64,000 bases of DNA from an uncultured Candidatus Melainabacteria bacterium (GTDB taxonomy: Bacteria; Cyanobacteriota; Vampirovibrionia; Gastranaerophilales; Gastranaerophilaceae): contig CAKUUY010000009.1 in assembly GCA_934693235.1 (NCBI GenBank), positions 1,688 through 65,687 on the forward strand, in the 5' to 3' direction. Positions within the stretch are counted from its first letter, which is position 1. Every line of letters starts with the position of its first letter. A program made the position numbers and the translations under genes. Under the pieces are notes generated by a model. It searched no databases and was not told the origin of the DNA. It saw only the letters and a list, made by a program, of their open reading frames with translations. Positions 1 through 8,284 of the stretch are shown in pieces.

Positions 1-2
1 AA

Positions 3-392
3 AAAGCTGAAAAAATTATTGCTGATGCGCAAGCCGAAGCTGATAGAAAATTGTCAGAAGCTGATTTTATAAAAGCGTTGGAACGTGAGGGAGTTAGGAT
101 TAGAACTCAAGTTCAACAAGAATGCGAAGAAATCAAGCGCAAAGCAATGGAAGAAGCAGAAAATATTCGAGCTCAAGCAACTGAAGATGCTATGAAAACA
201 AAAGAGGGTGCAGAACTTTACGCTGAACAAGTTTTGACAAATCTTGAAAAGAATTTGACTCAACAACAACAAATTGTAAAAAATGGTCAAGTATATATGG
301 AACAACTTCGTTCTGATTCATATGGACAGTACGATATTCCGACTTCTTACTCAACAGAAAGAGCTCAACAAAGCGATTTTATTATTAAATAG
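3..392 (+). CDS. Coiled-coil protein, C-terminal part; ORF open to the left window edge (DivIVA-like / ATPase-b-like charged helices, family uncertain)
   Basis: Frame of track ORF 51..392 stays open back to nt 3 (KAEKIIADAQAEADRKLSEADF...); A/E/K/Q-rich helical sequence; stop TAG 390-392. Confidence 0.55.
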   Translation, partial: KAEKIIADAQAEADRKLSEADFIKALEREGVRIRTQVQQECEEIKRKAMEEAENIRAQATEDAMKTKEGAELYAEQVLTNLEKNLTQQQQIVKNGQVYMEQLRSDSYGQYDIPTSYSTERAQQSDFIIK

Positions 393-415
393 TTGTTGTT
401 ATAATTCTAGAACTT

Positions 416-445
416 AATCAGCCGACTATAGGGTCGACTGATTTT
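416..445 (+). terminator. Intrinsic terminator-like hairpin after the coiled-coil ORF
   Basis: Stem aatcagccgac / gtcgactgatt (one mismatch) followed by TTTT, 24 nt after the stop codon. Confidence 0.5.
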
Positions 446-519
446 GCTTATAGATTGTTTACAATGTGTTTGCAATTTATTTTGTTTGGTTTATTATAAT
501 GTTGTAAGCCGATTTGATT

Positions 520-547
520 AGAATGTGAGTTCATCACATTCTTTTTT
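520..547 (+). terminator. Terminator-like hairpin in the rpmG upstream region (second terminator or leader attenuator)
   Basis: Perfect 9-bp stem agaatgtga/tcacattct, 5-nt loop, T5 run; ends 48 nt before the rpmG ATG. Confidence 0.5.
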
Positions 548-595
548 AAAGGTCACAAAACAATAAAAGAATTAATAAACAAAAGGAATAAAACT

Positions 596-763
596 ATGGG
601 TATCAAAGGAAAAAACGACAGAATGGTAGTTCTTGCATGTGAAGATTGCAAAGAAAGAAACTATACTACTACAAAAAACAAAAAAAATATTAAAGAAAGA
701 CTTGAGTTGAACAAATATTGCCCAACATGCAAAAAACATACAACTCATAAAGAAACTAAGTAA
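596..763 (+). CDS. rpmG: 50S ribosomal protein L33
   Basis: 55-codon ORF below the track cutoff: [55 protein letters not shown]; CxxC...CxxC L33 zinc-ribbon pattern; AAGGA SD upstream; conserved rpmG-secE-nusG context. Confidence 0.93.
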   Translation: MGIKGKNDRMVVLACEDCKERNYTTTKNKKNIKERLELNKYCPTCKKHTTHKETK

Positions 764-876
764 GTGAAATGTGAAAAGTGAGAGGTGAAAAGTCAATATA
801 AAAGCTATGCACACATTGTATTATTTTAGCAAAGCGAATGAAAAGACCTTTTCACTATTTACGACTCACTTTTCAC
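764..876. repeat. Inverted arrays of tandem heptamers (GTGAAAN words) flanking a 50-nt spacer
   Basis: 764-798 = GTGAAAT GTGAAAA GTGAGAG GTGAAAA GTCAATA; 849-876 = TTTTCAC TATTTAC GACTCAC TTTTCAC (complementary words). Confidence 0.85.
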
Positions 877-883
877 TTATTGG

Positions 884-956
884 GCGTCCTTAGTTCAGTT
901 GGTAGAACGTCGGTCTCCAAAACCGGATGTCGAGGGTTCGAGTCCTTCAGGGCGCG
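884..956 (+). tRNA. trnW: tRNA-Trp (anticodon CCA)
   Basis: 73-nt cloverleaf folded by hand: acceptor GCGTCCT/AGGGCGC, U8, D-loop AGTTGGTA, anticodon loop CTCCAAA, T-arm GAGGG-TTCGAGT-CCTTC, discriminator G; no encoded CCA. Confidence 0.92.
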
Positions 957-984
957 ATTTTTATAAAACATAAGGAATCAAATT

Positions 985-1209
985 ATGATAGGTGCAGAAA
1001 ATCAAATGCCGGCATGGCTAGAAAAATCAGCTAATTCTGTTAGAACTTATTTTAGAGGTGTTAGGACAGAATGGGGTAAGATTAGTTGGCCGGAAAAACG
1101 TCAAGTGGTAGCAGAAACAGTTTTTGTTGTTGCTATTGTTTTTGTGTTTACTGTAGCTGTTTATTTGATGGATATAATTTTTAAAGCTGTACTTGGACTA
1201 ATAAAATAG
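985..1209 (+). CDS. secE: Preprotein translocase subunit SecE
   Basis: 74 aa, ...VRTEWGKISWPEKRQVVAETVFVVAIVFVF... single C-terminal TM helix; AAGGAA SD; immediately upstream of nusG. Confidence 0.9.
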   Translation: MIGAENQMPAWLEKSANSVRTYFRGVRTEWGKISWPEKRQVVAETVFVVAIVFVFTVAVYLMDIIFKAVLGLIK

Positions 1210-1235
1210 TTCGGTGAGAGAATAAAAGGTGGCTT

Positions 1236-1862
1236 ATGACTGAAAAAGAAAAATCTATGAAAGAACAATTAGATGAAGATAAAGCTCAAGAGGCTGTAGA
1301 AGCTCAAGCTGTTGAAGAGGCGAAAGAAGCTAAGAAAAAGCAAAAGCGCTGGTACATTGTTCACACTTATTCAGGTTATGAAAACAAGGTAAAAGTAAAC
1401 CTTGAAAAACGTATTGAATACATGAACATGGGAGATAAAATCTTCAGAATTGAGGTTCCTCAAAAAACTGTTACTCAAATGAAAGGTGGCAAAAAACAGG
1501 AACGTGAAGAAAAAATCTTCCCGGGATATGTTCTTGTAGAAATGATTATGGATGAAGACAGCTGGTATGTTGTAAGACACACTTCAGGTGTAACAAAGTT
1601 TGTAGGCTCTGCGAAAAAACCTATTCCAGCTCGTGATAGCGAAATTAAAAAGATTATTAACCGTTCAACTTCAACTCAACAAAAAATTGAACTTGACGTT
1701 AAAGCTGGTGACAAAGTTAGAATTACATCCGGACCTTTCGCAGACTTTGTTGCTGATATTATCGAAGTTTATCCGGATAAATCAAAACTTCGTGCAAATG
1801 TTTCAATCTTTGGACGTGAAACTCCGGTTGAACTCGAATACAAACAAATTAACAAATTATAA
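1236..1862 (+). CDS. nusG: Transcription termination/antitermination factor NusG (acidic N-terminal extension)
   Basis: WYIVHTYSGYENKV NGN signature and C-terminal KOW (GDKVRITSGPFADFVADI); secE-nusG-rplK synteny. Confidence 0.93.
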   Translation: MTEKEKSMKEQLDEDKAQEAVEAQAVEEAKEAKKKQKRWYIVHTYSGYENKVKVNLEKRIEYMNMGDKIFRIEVPQKTVTQMKGGKKQEREEKIFPGYVLVEMIMDEDSWYVVRHTSGVTKFVGSAKKPIPARDSEIKKIINRSTSTQQKIELDVKAGDKVRITSGPFADFVADIIEVYPDKSKLRANVSIFGRETPVELEYKQINKL

Positions 1863-1866
1863 TTAA

Positions 1867-1903
1867 GTGAATGGTGAATAGTGAGTAGTGAATTGTTCAT
1901 TAC
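1867..1903. repeat. Tandem heptamer array (GTGAATN words) ending in an 8-bp hairpin
   Basis: GTGAATG GTGAATA GTGAGTA GTGAATT GTTCATT (1867-1901); stem gtagtgaa/ttcattac 1885-1903. Confidence 0.8.
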
Positions 1904-1990
1904 TTCGCTGTTTGCAAATTAGTACAAAACATGTGGAAGGATTTTTGCAATAGTCGGCAAAAACCGTTAGTACCACAAAAGGAGAAAAAA

Positions 1991-2419
1991 ATGGCTAAAA
2001 AAGTAGTAGGAAAAATTAAGCTTCAAATCGAAGCTGGCAAAGCAAATCCATCACCACCGGTTGGACCAGCTCTTGGTCAACATGGTGTTAATATCATGGA
2101 CTTTTGTAAACAATTCAACGCTAAAACAGAATCTCAAGCTGGTTACATTATTCCTGTAATCATTGATGTTTACGAAGATAGAAGTTTTTCTTTCGTAATT
2201 AAATCACCTCCAGCTCCTGTTTTAATTAAGAAAGCATTAAACCTTCCAAAAGGTTCTGCTGTTCCTAATAAAGACAAAGTTGGTGAAATTACGGAAGCTC
2301 AACTTGAAGAAATTGCTAAAATAAAAATGAACGACTTGAATGCAACAACTATGGAATCTGCTGTTAAGATGATTAAAGGTTCTTGCAGAGCTATGGGTGT
2401 TACAGTAAAAGAAGGTTAG
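1991..2419 (+). CDS. rplK: 50S ribosomal protein L11
   Basis: [43 protein letters not shown]; GGAGA SD before ATG 1991 (track ORF starts upstream at 1931). Confidence 0.95.
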   Translation: MAKKVVGKIKLQIEAGKANPSPPVGPALGQHGVNIMDFCKQFNAKTESQAGYIIPVIIDVYEDRSFSFVIKSPPAPVLIKKALNLPKGSAVPNKDKVGEITEAQLEEIAKIKMNDLNATTMESAVKMIKGSCRAMGVTVKEG

Positions 2420-2429
2420 ATGGAAGGAA

Positions 2430-2515
2430 CATATCCCTCGATCCAAAGGCGAGAGGGTAGAATTTCAGACAGAGCTAAGCGATGACTAGAAATTCGGGTG
2501 AGGGGGTTGCCCCAA
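2430..2515 (+). promoter_or_regulatory. Structured GC-rich spacer upstream of rplA (candidate L1 autoregulatory leader)
   Basis: 140-nt gap inside an otherwise tight operon; hairpins ccctc/gaggg (2435-2457), gaatttc/gaaattc (2460-2495), gggg/cccc (2503-2513). Confidence 0.35.
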
Positions 2516-2560
2516 AGCTTAAATAAGTTCCGCTAATACCACGAAAGGAAAATTTAAAAA

Positions 2561-3286
2561 ATGAGTAAATTAACTAAAAAACAAAAGAAAATGCAGGAAA
2601 TGTTGGACGGATTTGTTCAACCGGCTACTGCAGTTGATACAATCAAAAAATTGAAAGAAATTTCTAAAGAAGTTTCTAAATTCAATGAAACAGTAGAATG
2701 TCACATGAGATTAGGTATTGATGTTCGTCAAGCTGATCAACAAATCAGATCAACAGTAGTATTGCCTGCTGGTTTAGGCAAAACTGTTAAGGTTTGTGTT
2801 ATCGCAAAAGGACCTAAAGCAACTGAAGCAACTGAAGCTGGAGCAGATTTTGCGGGTGCTGAAGAAATCATTGAAAAGATTTCTGGCGGTTGGTTTGATT
2901 TCGATACATTGATTGCAACTCCTGATTGTATGGGTATGTTAGGTAAATTAGGTAGAGTGTTAGGTCCAAAAGGCTTGATGCCAAACCCTAAAACTGGTAC
3001 AGTTACAATGGACGTAGCAAAAGCAGTTAAAGATGCTAAAGCTGGTAAAGTTGAATACAGAGCTGACAAACAAGGTATGATTCACTGTCCAGTTGGCAAA
3101 ATTGAATTCAGTGAAGAAGACTTGTTGAAAAACTATGCAACTCTAGCTGATGCAATTTTGAGAGCAAAACCTGCTTCTGCAAAAGGTACATTTGTAAAAT
3201 CAGTTTACCTATCAACTACAATGGGACCTGGTATTAAATTAGATCCTAAAAACTTTGCAGCTGAAGTAAAAGACTTGATGGCATAA
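2561..3286 (+). CDS. rplA: 50S ribosomal protein L1
   Basis: 241 aa, ...[23 protein letters not shown]... typical L1; follows rplK. Confidence 0.95.
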   Translation: MSKLTKKQKKMQEMLDGFVQPATAVDTIKKLKEISKEVSKFNETVECHMRLGIDVRQADQQIRSTVVLPAGLGKTVKVCVIAKGPKATEATEAGADFAGAEEIIEKISGGWFDFDTLIATPDCMGMLGKLGRVLGPKGLMPNPKTGTVTMDVAKAVKDAKAGKVEYRADKQGMIHCPVGKIEFSEEDLLKNYATLADAILRAKPASAKGTFVKSVYLSTTMGPGIKLDPKNFAAEVKDLMA

Positions 3287-3311
3287 GCTGTTGAAACAAC
3301 AAAATTTAAAA

Positions 3312-3336
3312 AGCACTCCTTTTAGGGGTGCTTTTT
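3312..3336 (+). terminator. Intrinsic terminator after rplA
   Basis: Stem agcactcc/ggggtgct (one G-U), 5-nt loop, T5 run. Confidence 0.8.
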
Positions 3337-3367
3337 ACGTTTAATCATTTAATATTTATTAGAAAAC

Positions 3368-3396
3368 TTGTATTTCATCTATATTTTTAATATAAT
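3368..3396 (+). promoter_or_regulatory. Sigma70-type promoter of kdsA (TTGTAT-17-TATAAT)
   Basis: -35 at 3368-3373, 17-nt spacer, -10 at 3391-3396; only 6 nt (tttcgt) to ATG 3403 and no SD. Confidence 0.55.
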
Positions 3397-3402
3397 TTTC
3401 GT

Positions 3403-4224
3403 ATGGATATTAAGAAAATAAAATTGAGAGACTTTGAAATTGGCGGTGACAAGTTGACTATTATTGCCGGTCCTTGCGCTGCAGAAAGTCAAGAAATCCT
3501 TGATGAAACAGCTCAAGGTTTAAAGGAAATTACACAAAAATTAGGCATTAATTACATTTTTAAGTCATCTTTTGACAAAGCGAATCGTTCTTCCATTTAT
3601 TCTTACAGAGGCCCCGGAATGGAAAAAGGTCTTGAAATGTTGCAGGCAGTTAAAGATAAATACGACTTACCAATTGTAACAGATATTCACAACCCTGATC
3701 AGGCGGCACCTGTAGCGGAAGTTGCAGATATTTTGCAAATCCCGGCTTTTTTGTGCAGGCAGACAGATTTGCTTGTGGCAGCTGCAAAAACAGGTAAAAT
3801 TATAAATATTAAAAAAGGACAGTTTTTAGCTCCTGAACAAATGGGAACTCTTGTTAAAAAAGTTGAAGAAGCCGGAAATGACAAAATTTTACTAACCGAT
3901 AGAGGTTGTTCTTTCGGGTATAACAATTTAGTTGTTGATTATAGAGCAGTCCCGATTATGCAACAATTTGGCTATCCTGTAGTGTTTGATGCTACTCATA
4001 GTGTTCAACTTCCTGGTGCAAACGGAACTTCTTCAGGCGGTGACCGAAGATTTGTGCCTGTTTTGGCAAAGGCAGCAATGGCTGCAGGTGCTAATGCTTT
4101 GTTCTTTGAAGTTCATCCAAATCCTGAATGTGCCAAATGTGATGGTCCGAATATGTTGTTCTTAGACAAAGCAGAAGAAGTTTTTAAAGTATGTAAAGAA
4201 ATTTTCGAATTGGTGAGAAAGTAA
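3403..4224 (+). CDS. kdsA: 2-dehydro-3-deoxyphosphooctonate aldolase (KDO-8-P synthase)
   Basis: 273 aa; [13 protein letters not shown]..., [22 protein letters not shown] motifs typical of KdsA. Confidence 0.9.
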   Translation: MDIKKIKLRDFEIGGDKLTIIAGPCAAESQEILDETAQGLKEITQKLGINYIFKSSFDKANRSSIYSYRGPGMEKGLEMLQAVKDKYDLPIVTDIHNPDQAAPVAEVADILQIPAFLCRQTDLLVAAAKTGKIINIKKGQFLAPEQMGTLVKKVEEAGNDKILLTDRGCSFGYNNLVVDYRAVPIMQQFGYPVVFDATHSVQLPGANGTSSGGDRRFVPVLAKAAMAAGANALFFEVHPNPECAKCDGPNMLFLDKAEEVFKVCKEIFELVRK

Positions 4225-4841
4225 TGATAATAAAGCAGTTTACAGCAGGACTAATCGAAAATAATATGTATCTTGTAGTTGATGAAAAAACTCATGAGGC
4301 TGTACTTATTGATGCGCCACAAGATATTCCGGAGGTAAAAAAAACTGTTGAGGAATTAGGTGCAAAAGTTAAGTATATATTGATTACTCACGGACATTTT
4401 GATCATATAATGGGACTGACTTCTTTGAAAAAAACATTGAATGCTCCTGCCGTAATTTGCAAAGAAGATCTTGTTATTTCTGATAACGTAAATGAATTTA
4501 CAAGACTTTTTGGAGTGCCAGATATCGTTCCTCCGACTTATGAAAAATTTGTAGAAGATGGTGATATATTGGAAGTTGGTAATATGAAGATTAAAGTTAT
4601 TCATACTCCCGGTCATACAGAGGGTGGAGTTTGTTACCTTATTGATGATAACTTGTTTTCGGGCGATACTTTGTTTAAGCAAAGTGTTGGTAGAACAGAT
4701 TTGTTTGGTGGAAATTTTGAAAAAATTTGTCACAGTGTAAAAGATATTTTGTTTAGACTGGATGAAAATACAAAAGTTTTTCCAGGGCATGGTGATGTTA
4801 CAACAATAGCGTATGAAAAAAAATATAATGAAATAATTTAG
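4224..4841 (+). CDS. MBL-fold metallo-hydrolase (glyoxalase II-like)
   Basis: THGHFDH metal motif, later HTPGHT and GD...GR segments; 205 aa; ATGA overlap with kdsA stop. Confidence 0.8.
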   Translation: MIIKQFTAGLIENNMYLVVDEKTHEAVLIDAPQDIPEVKKTVEELGAKVKYILITHGHFDHIMGLTSLKKTLNAPAVICKEDLVISDNVNEFTRLFGVPDIVPPTYEKFVEDGDILEVGNMKIKVIHTPGHTEGGVCYLIDDNLFSGDTLFKQSVGRTDLFGGNFEKICHSVKDILFRLDENTKVFPGHGDVTTIAYEKKYNEII

Positions 4842-4853
4842 AAGGTAATAAAA

Positions 4854-5888
4854 ATGAAAGAACAATTAGAAAAGATATTTGCAAATGCAACTGAGGATTT
4901 GTCCAAAGCGGTTTCTATAAATGATTTGGAAGAAATCAGAGGTAAATATTTGAGTCGTAAAGGCGAATTTAATGAAATAAAGAAAAATCTTAAAAATTTG
5001 TCTAACGAAGATAAAAGGGTTGTTGGCTCTTTAGCAAATGAGATTACTAAAAAACTTGAAGAAGGCTTAAAGACTAAGCATGACGAATTTTATAGAAAAG
5101 AACTAAATGAAAAATTGAAGCAAGAAAGAATTGACATCACTCTTCCCGGAAAATATACTCAAATTGGTAGAGTTCATCCATTGACTTCTACTACAAATGA
5201 AATTACTGCGATATTCCAAAGCTTAGGATTTTCAGTTGTTCCGCAAGCAAATGCTCCGGAAGTTGAAACAGAATATTTTAACTTTGATGCATTGAATGTT
5301 CCGAAAGATCATCCTGCACGTGATGTTCAGGATACTTTTTATACAGAAATTGCGAAAAATGTTGTTTTAAGAAGTCAAACTTCAAACGCTCAAATTCACG
5401 CAATGGAGGGGAAAAATCCACCTATTAGAATTATTTCTCCGGGGCGCGTTTATAGAAACGAAAATATTAATGCTCGTAAAAATAACTTTTTCCACCAAAT
5501 TGAAGGACTTTACGTTGATAAAGACATCACTTTCGGGGATTTGAAAGGTGTTTTGAACGAATTTATCAGAACATATTTTGGTGCAAGTCGTCCAACAAGG
5601 TTTAGAAGCAGCTTTTTCCCATTTACAGAACCATCTGCGGAAGTTGATGTTCAGTGTATTATGTGTGAAGGTAAAGGTTGCAGAACTTGTTCTGGTACTG
5701 GCTGGTTAGAGGTTTTGGGTTGCGGAATGGTTGACCCGAATGTACTAAAAGGCGTAGGAATTGACCCTGATGTTTATACCGGATTTGCGTTCGGTATGGG
5801 GGTAGAAAGATTAGCAATGCTAAAATACGCAATCGATGATATCAGATTATTCTTTAACGACGATGTAAGATTTTTGAAACAATTTTAA
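4854..5888 (+). CDS. pheS: Phenylalanine--tRNA ligase alpha subunit
   Basis: 344 aa; HPARDVQDTFY, GRVYRNE, FFPFTEPSAEVDV, GMGVERLAML class-II motifs. Confidence 0.93.
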   Translation: MKEQLEKIFANATEDLSKAVSINDLEEIRGKYLSRKGEFNEIKKNLKNLSNEDKRVVGSLANEITKKLEEGLKTKHDEFYRKELNEKLKQERIDITLPGKYTQIGRVHPLTSTTNEITAIFQSLGFSVVPQANAPEVETEYFNFDALNVPKDHPARDVQDTFYTEIAKNVVLRSQTSNAQIHAMEGKNPPIRIISPGRVYRNENINARKNNFFHQIEGLYVDKDITFGDLKGVLNEFIRTYFGASRPTRFRSSFFPFTEPSAEVDVQCIMCEGKGCRTCSGTGWLEVLGCGMVDPNVLKGVGIDPDVYTGFAFGMGVERLAMLKYAIDDIRLFFNDDVRFLKQF

Positions 5889-5905
5889 TGACAAAAATAT
5901 TTATG

Positions 5906-5929
5906 AAAGAGACCTCGAAAGAGGTCTTT
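5906..5929. terminator. Bidirectional terminator hairpin between convergent pheS and PL1
   Basis: aaagagacctc-gaaa-gaggtcttt, flanked by A/T runs on both sides. Confidence 0.7.
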
Positions 5930-5933
5930 ATTA

Positions 5934-6683
5934 TTACCAAGGATAATCTTTTTCAATTTTCCAGCCATCCAACATTATTAGTGCCGCACAGCCATCTCCG
6001 GCTTCTCCAACGAGTCTTGTGTCTCTGGAGCAAGTTCTACTTTTGTTTCCAGATAGTAAATTTGTTCTTGAAAATTGAGTAAAAGGAAGAAAACAGTCAG
6101 AATATCCTCCAGGGTACAGCCCCGAGTTAAGATTTTTTACGACATTTGAACAAGCTTCATATTTAGAGGCTAGGTCAGAATTTTTCATTGTGGATTTGTT
6201 TACGAGAAAAAAATAAAATATGTCTCTTCCAGAATAGTTTGGTCCTTTAATACCATTTATATCCAAAAAGAAAACTTTTCCTGTCGCTGCATCCCAACTT
6301 ATTCCTAATATTGCTCCATCTTTTAAAATATAAAGCTTGTTATATATGATAAGCTTGGCTTTTCGGTCTATCCCAATTGGATAATCTTTATAACATTTTG
6401 TGGATCTTTCGCATTCTTCAATTGTTTCAACATATGGCAAAATGTACTTTTGCATAAAAGTTTCAGCAGGAAGAGTTGTGTCAATTTGATCAAAATCAAT
6501 ACCATTGTCTGCTTGATACATTTTAAGTGCTTGTTGTAATAAAGTATACTCTTTTTTTAATCCCTCTACTGTAACTCTTTTTTGATAATTTTGAATAATA
6601 GTTGGCAATGTCAAAGCTGCTACTATCCCAATTATTCCAAGTGTTATCAAAACTTCAGCTAAAGTGAATGCGAATTTTTTCAT
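5934..6683 (-). CDS. Prepilin-type N-terminal cleavage/methylation-domain protein (pilin/pseudopilin-like), family member PL1
   Basis: MKKFA|FTLAEVLITLGIIGIVAALTLP...; family motif LDINGIKGPNYSGRDIFYF; C-terminus ...LDGWKIEKDYPW; AGAGGGAAG SD. Confidence 0.85.
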   Translation of the reverse strand: MKKFAFTLAEVLITLGIIGIVAALTLPTIIQNYQKRVTVEGLKKEYTLLQQALKMYQADNGIDFDQIDTTLPAETFMQKYILPYVETIEECERSTKCYKDYPIGIDRKAKLIIYNKLYILKDGAILGISWDAATGKVFFLDINGIKGPNYSGRDIFYFFLVNKSTMKNSDLASKYEACSNVVKNLNSGLYPGGYSDCFLPFTQFSRTNLLSGNKSRTCSRDTRLVGEAGDGCAALIMLDGWKIEKDYPW

Positions 6684-6875
6684 CTTCCCTCTTTTGTGTG
6701 ATGTTCCACTTCTCAGTATTGCATATATTTATTTAGTTTTCAAGATGTTTATTTGTGTCACATTAAGAAATTTAGGTATATTTATTGTAACACATTATCA
6801 TTGTTAATGCAATACATCAACTTATATATGTGGTACATATTTAATAAAAAATGCAATATAATGTTTAATTATTAT

Positions 6876-7187
6876 ATGAAAAAGATGTTTGGTCAGAGAT
6901 TAAGAGAGTTGCGAGTTGCAAAAAAATTGACGCAGGAAACAGTGGCTGAATTGATAGATATTCAACCGGAGAATTACTCTCGAATTGAAAACGGTTTATC
7001 ATTTCCGAAACCAGAGAATATTGTTAAATTAAGCAAAGTGCTTGGAGTTGAAATTGCGGAATTGTTTCAATTTTCCCATCTTAATGATTATGAAAAAATA
7101 TTAGATACAATTATAGAAAAGTTGAAATCTGACAAAGATACAACAATTATTACATATAAGTTTTTGAAAAGTTTGGGAAAATTGTAA
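6876..7187 (+). CDS. XRE-family helix-turn-helix regulator, divergent from PL1
   Basis: MKKMFGQRLRELRVAKKLTQETVAELIDIQPENYSRIENG... classic Cro/C1 HTH; ATG 6876 chosen inside track ORF 6753..7187 (start uncertain). Confidence 0.8.
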   Translation: MKKMFGQRLRELRVAKKLTQETVAELIDIQPENYSRIENGLSFPKPENIVKLSKVLGVEIAELFQFSHLNDYEKILDTIIEKLKSDKDTTIITYKFLKSLGKL

Positions 7188-7193
7188 ATATTT

Positions 7194-8252
7194 TTATTGT
7201 ACAACCTTATGCAAACCGTGCGGTTTGTCGACGTTTCTGCCGAGTGCTGTCGCAATTTCTAATGCCAAAAGCTGACAAATTACCACAAGACAGAAGGATT
7301 TTACGATTTCACTTTCGCATTTTATGTCAATGTTGAATTTTGGTGTTAATTTATCGTTTGTGCACCCAATTATTGATAATGGTGGATTGTAATCCTCTGT
7401 GATTTTACTTAAATTTTTAATTGCAGTGTAGTTTAATTCGTTTACAGAAATATGTATCATTGCAGGTTTGTTGTTTAAGATTGCAACGTGTCCATGCATA
7501 AATTCGCCCAAAATATTTGAATATACATTTATATAAGACGTTTCTTTTATTTTTAATGATGCTTCTTTTGCTATTGCGTATGATATTCCGTCTGCTGTAA
7601 TCACAATATTTTTGAACTTAGCTAAAAACTTTGCCATTTCTTTGATTTCTGAATGTAGTGCGTAAGTTGTTTTAATATACTCAGGTAAAGTTTTTAATGC
7701 TTCAATATAATGAGAAATCTCAATTCCTTTGTGGGTTGCATATTTTAGTACTAGTAAAGTGCAACAAAGCATTTGCGTTGTGAGAGACTTTGTTGCTGCA
7801 ATACTTTTTTCTTCTCCGGCGCAACAATCTATTTTAAAATCTGATGCTTCCCATATTGTAGAACTTTTTTTGTTTGTTATACAAAGTGTACGCATACCAA
7901 ATTCTTTAGCTTTTCTTAAGGCTGAATTTGTGTCTGAGGTTTCACCTGATTGAGTAATAAATCCGTATAAAATATCGTTGTCGTGAGGAACAGCAGCTTT
8001 TAGAAGAAATTCACTTGAGTAAATCGCTCTTGCTTCAATTCCTGCAACATTTCCGAATAAGTCTGCAGCAAATCGTGCACAGTGATAAGAAGATCCACTT
8101 GCGACAAATATAACTTTTTGGATATCAACGGGAATATCAAACAGAATATAATTGTCATCATTAACGTGCGTTTCCAAGAGGTTTTTTAGAACATCCGCTT
8201 GTTCAAAAATTTCTGTTTCCATACTTGATGTTTTGTGTGAATTGAATAACAT
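7194..8252 (-). CDS. Double-SIS-domain sugar-phosphate isomerase/deaminase (GlmS isomerase domain without glutaminase domain)
   Basis: 352 aa; VASGSSYHCARFA and ITQSGETSDT SIS motifs; C-terminal tail resembles the GlmS tail; no N-terminal Cys-glutaminase domain. Confidence 0.7.
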   Translation of the reverse strand: MLFNSHKTSSMETEIFEQADVLKNLLETHVNDDNYILFDIPVDIQKVIFVASGSSYHCARFAADLFGNVAGIEARAIYSSEFLLKAAVPHDNDILYGFITQSGETSDTNSALRKAKEFGMRTLCITNKKSSTIWEASDFKIDCCAGEEKSIAATKSLTTQMLCCTLLVLKYATHKGIEISHYIEALKTLPEYIKTTYALHSEIKEMAKFLAKFKNIVITADGISYAIAKEASLKIKETSYINVYSNILGEFMHGHVAILNNKPAMIHISVNELNYTAIKNLSKITEDYNPPLSIIGCTNDKLTPKFNIDIKCESEIVKSFCLVVICQLLALEIATALGRNVDKPHGLHKVVQ

Positions 8253-8284
8253 ATTTAATTTATTCCTTTAGATTTTTTTTGTTG

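Noticed and set aside
54-305. Antisense ORF (83 aa) opposite the coiled-coil gene. Similar shadow ORFs occur at 1371-1580, 2237-2446, 2737-3069, 3699-3926, 4356-4865, 8505-8852, 8963-9426, 29028-29542, 33914-34321 and 58978-59328.
   Set aside because: All lie fully inside well-supported genes on the other strand. They have hydrophobic or low-complexity translations typical of antisense frames in AT-rich DNA, with no SD and no motif.
572-814. 80-aa minus-strand ORF
   Set aside because: It overlaps the clear plus-strand rpmG (L33) gene and the heptamer repeat array. The translation is F/S/C-rich nonsense.
1633-1866. 77-aa plus-strand ORF in an alternative frame of nusG
   Set aside because: It lies entirely within the nusG KOW-coding region. 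The L/K/N-rich sequence has no support.
5888-6082. 64-aa plus-strand ORF after pheS
   Set aside because: It runs through the bidirectional terminator and antisense to the conserved C-terminus of pilin-like PL1.
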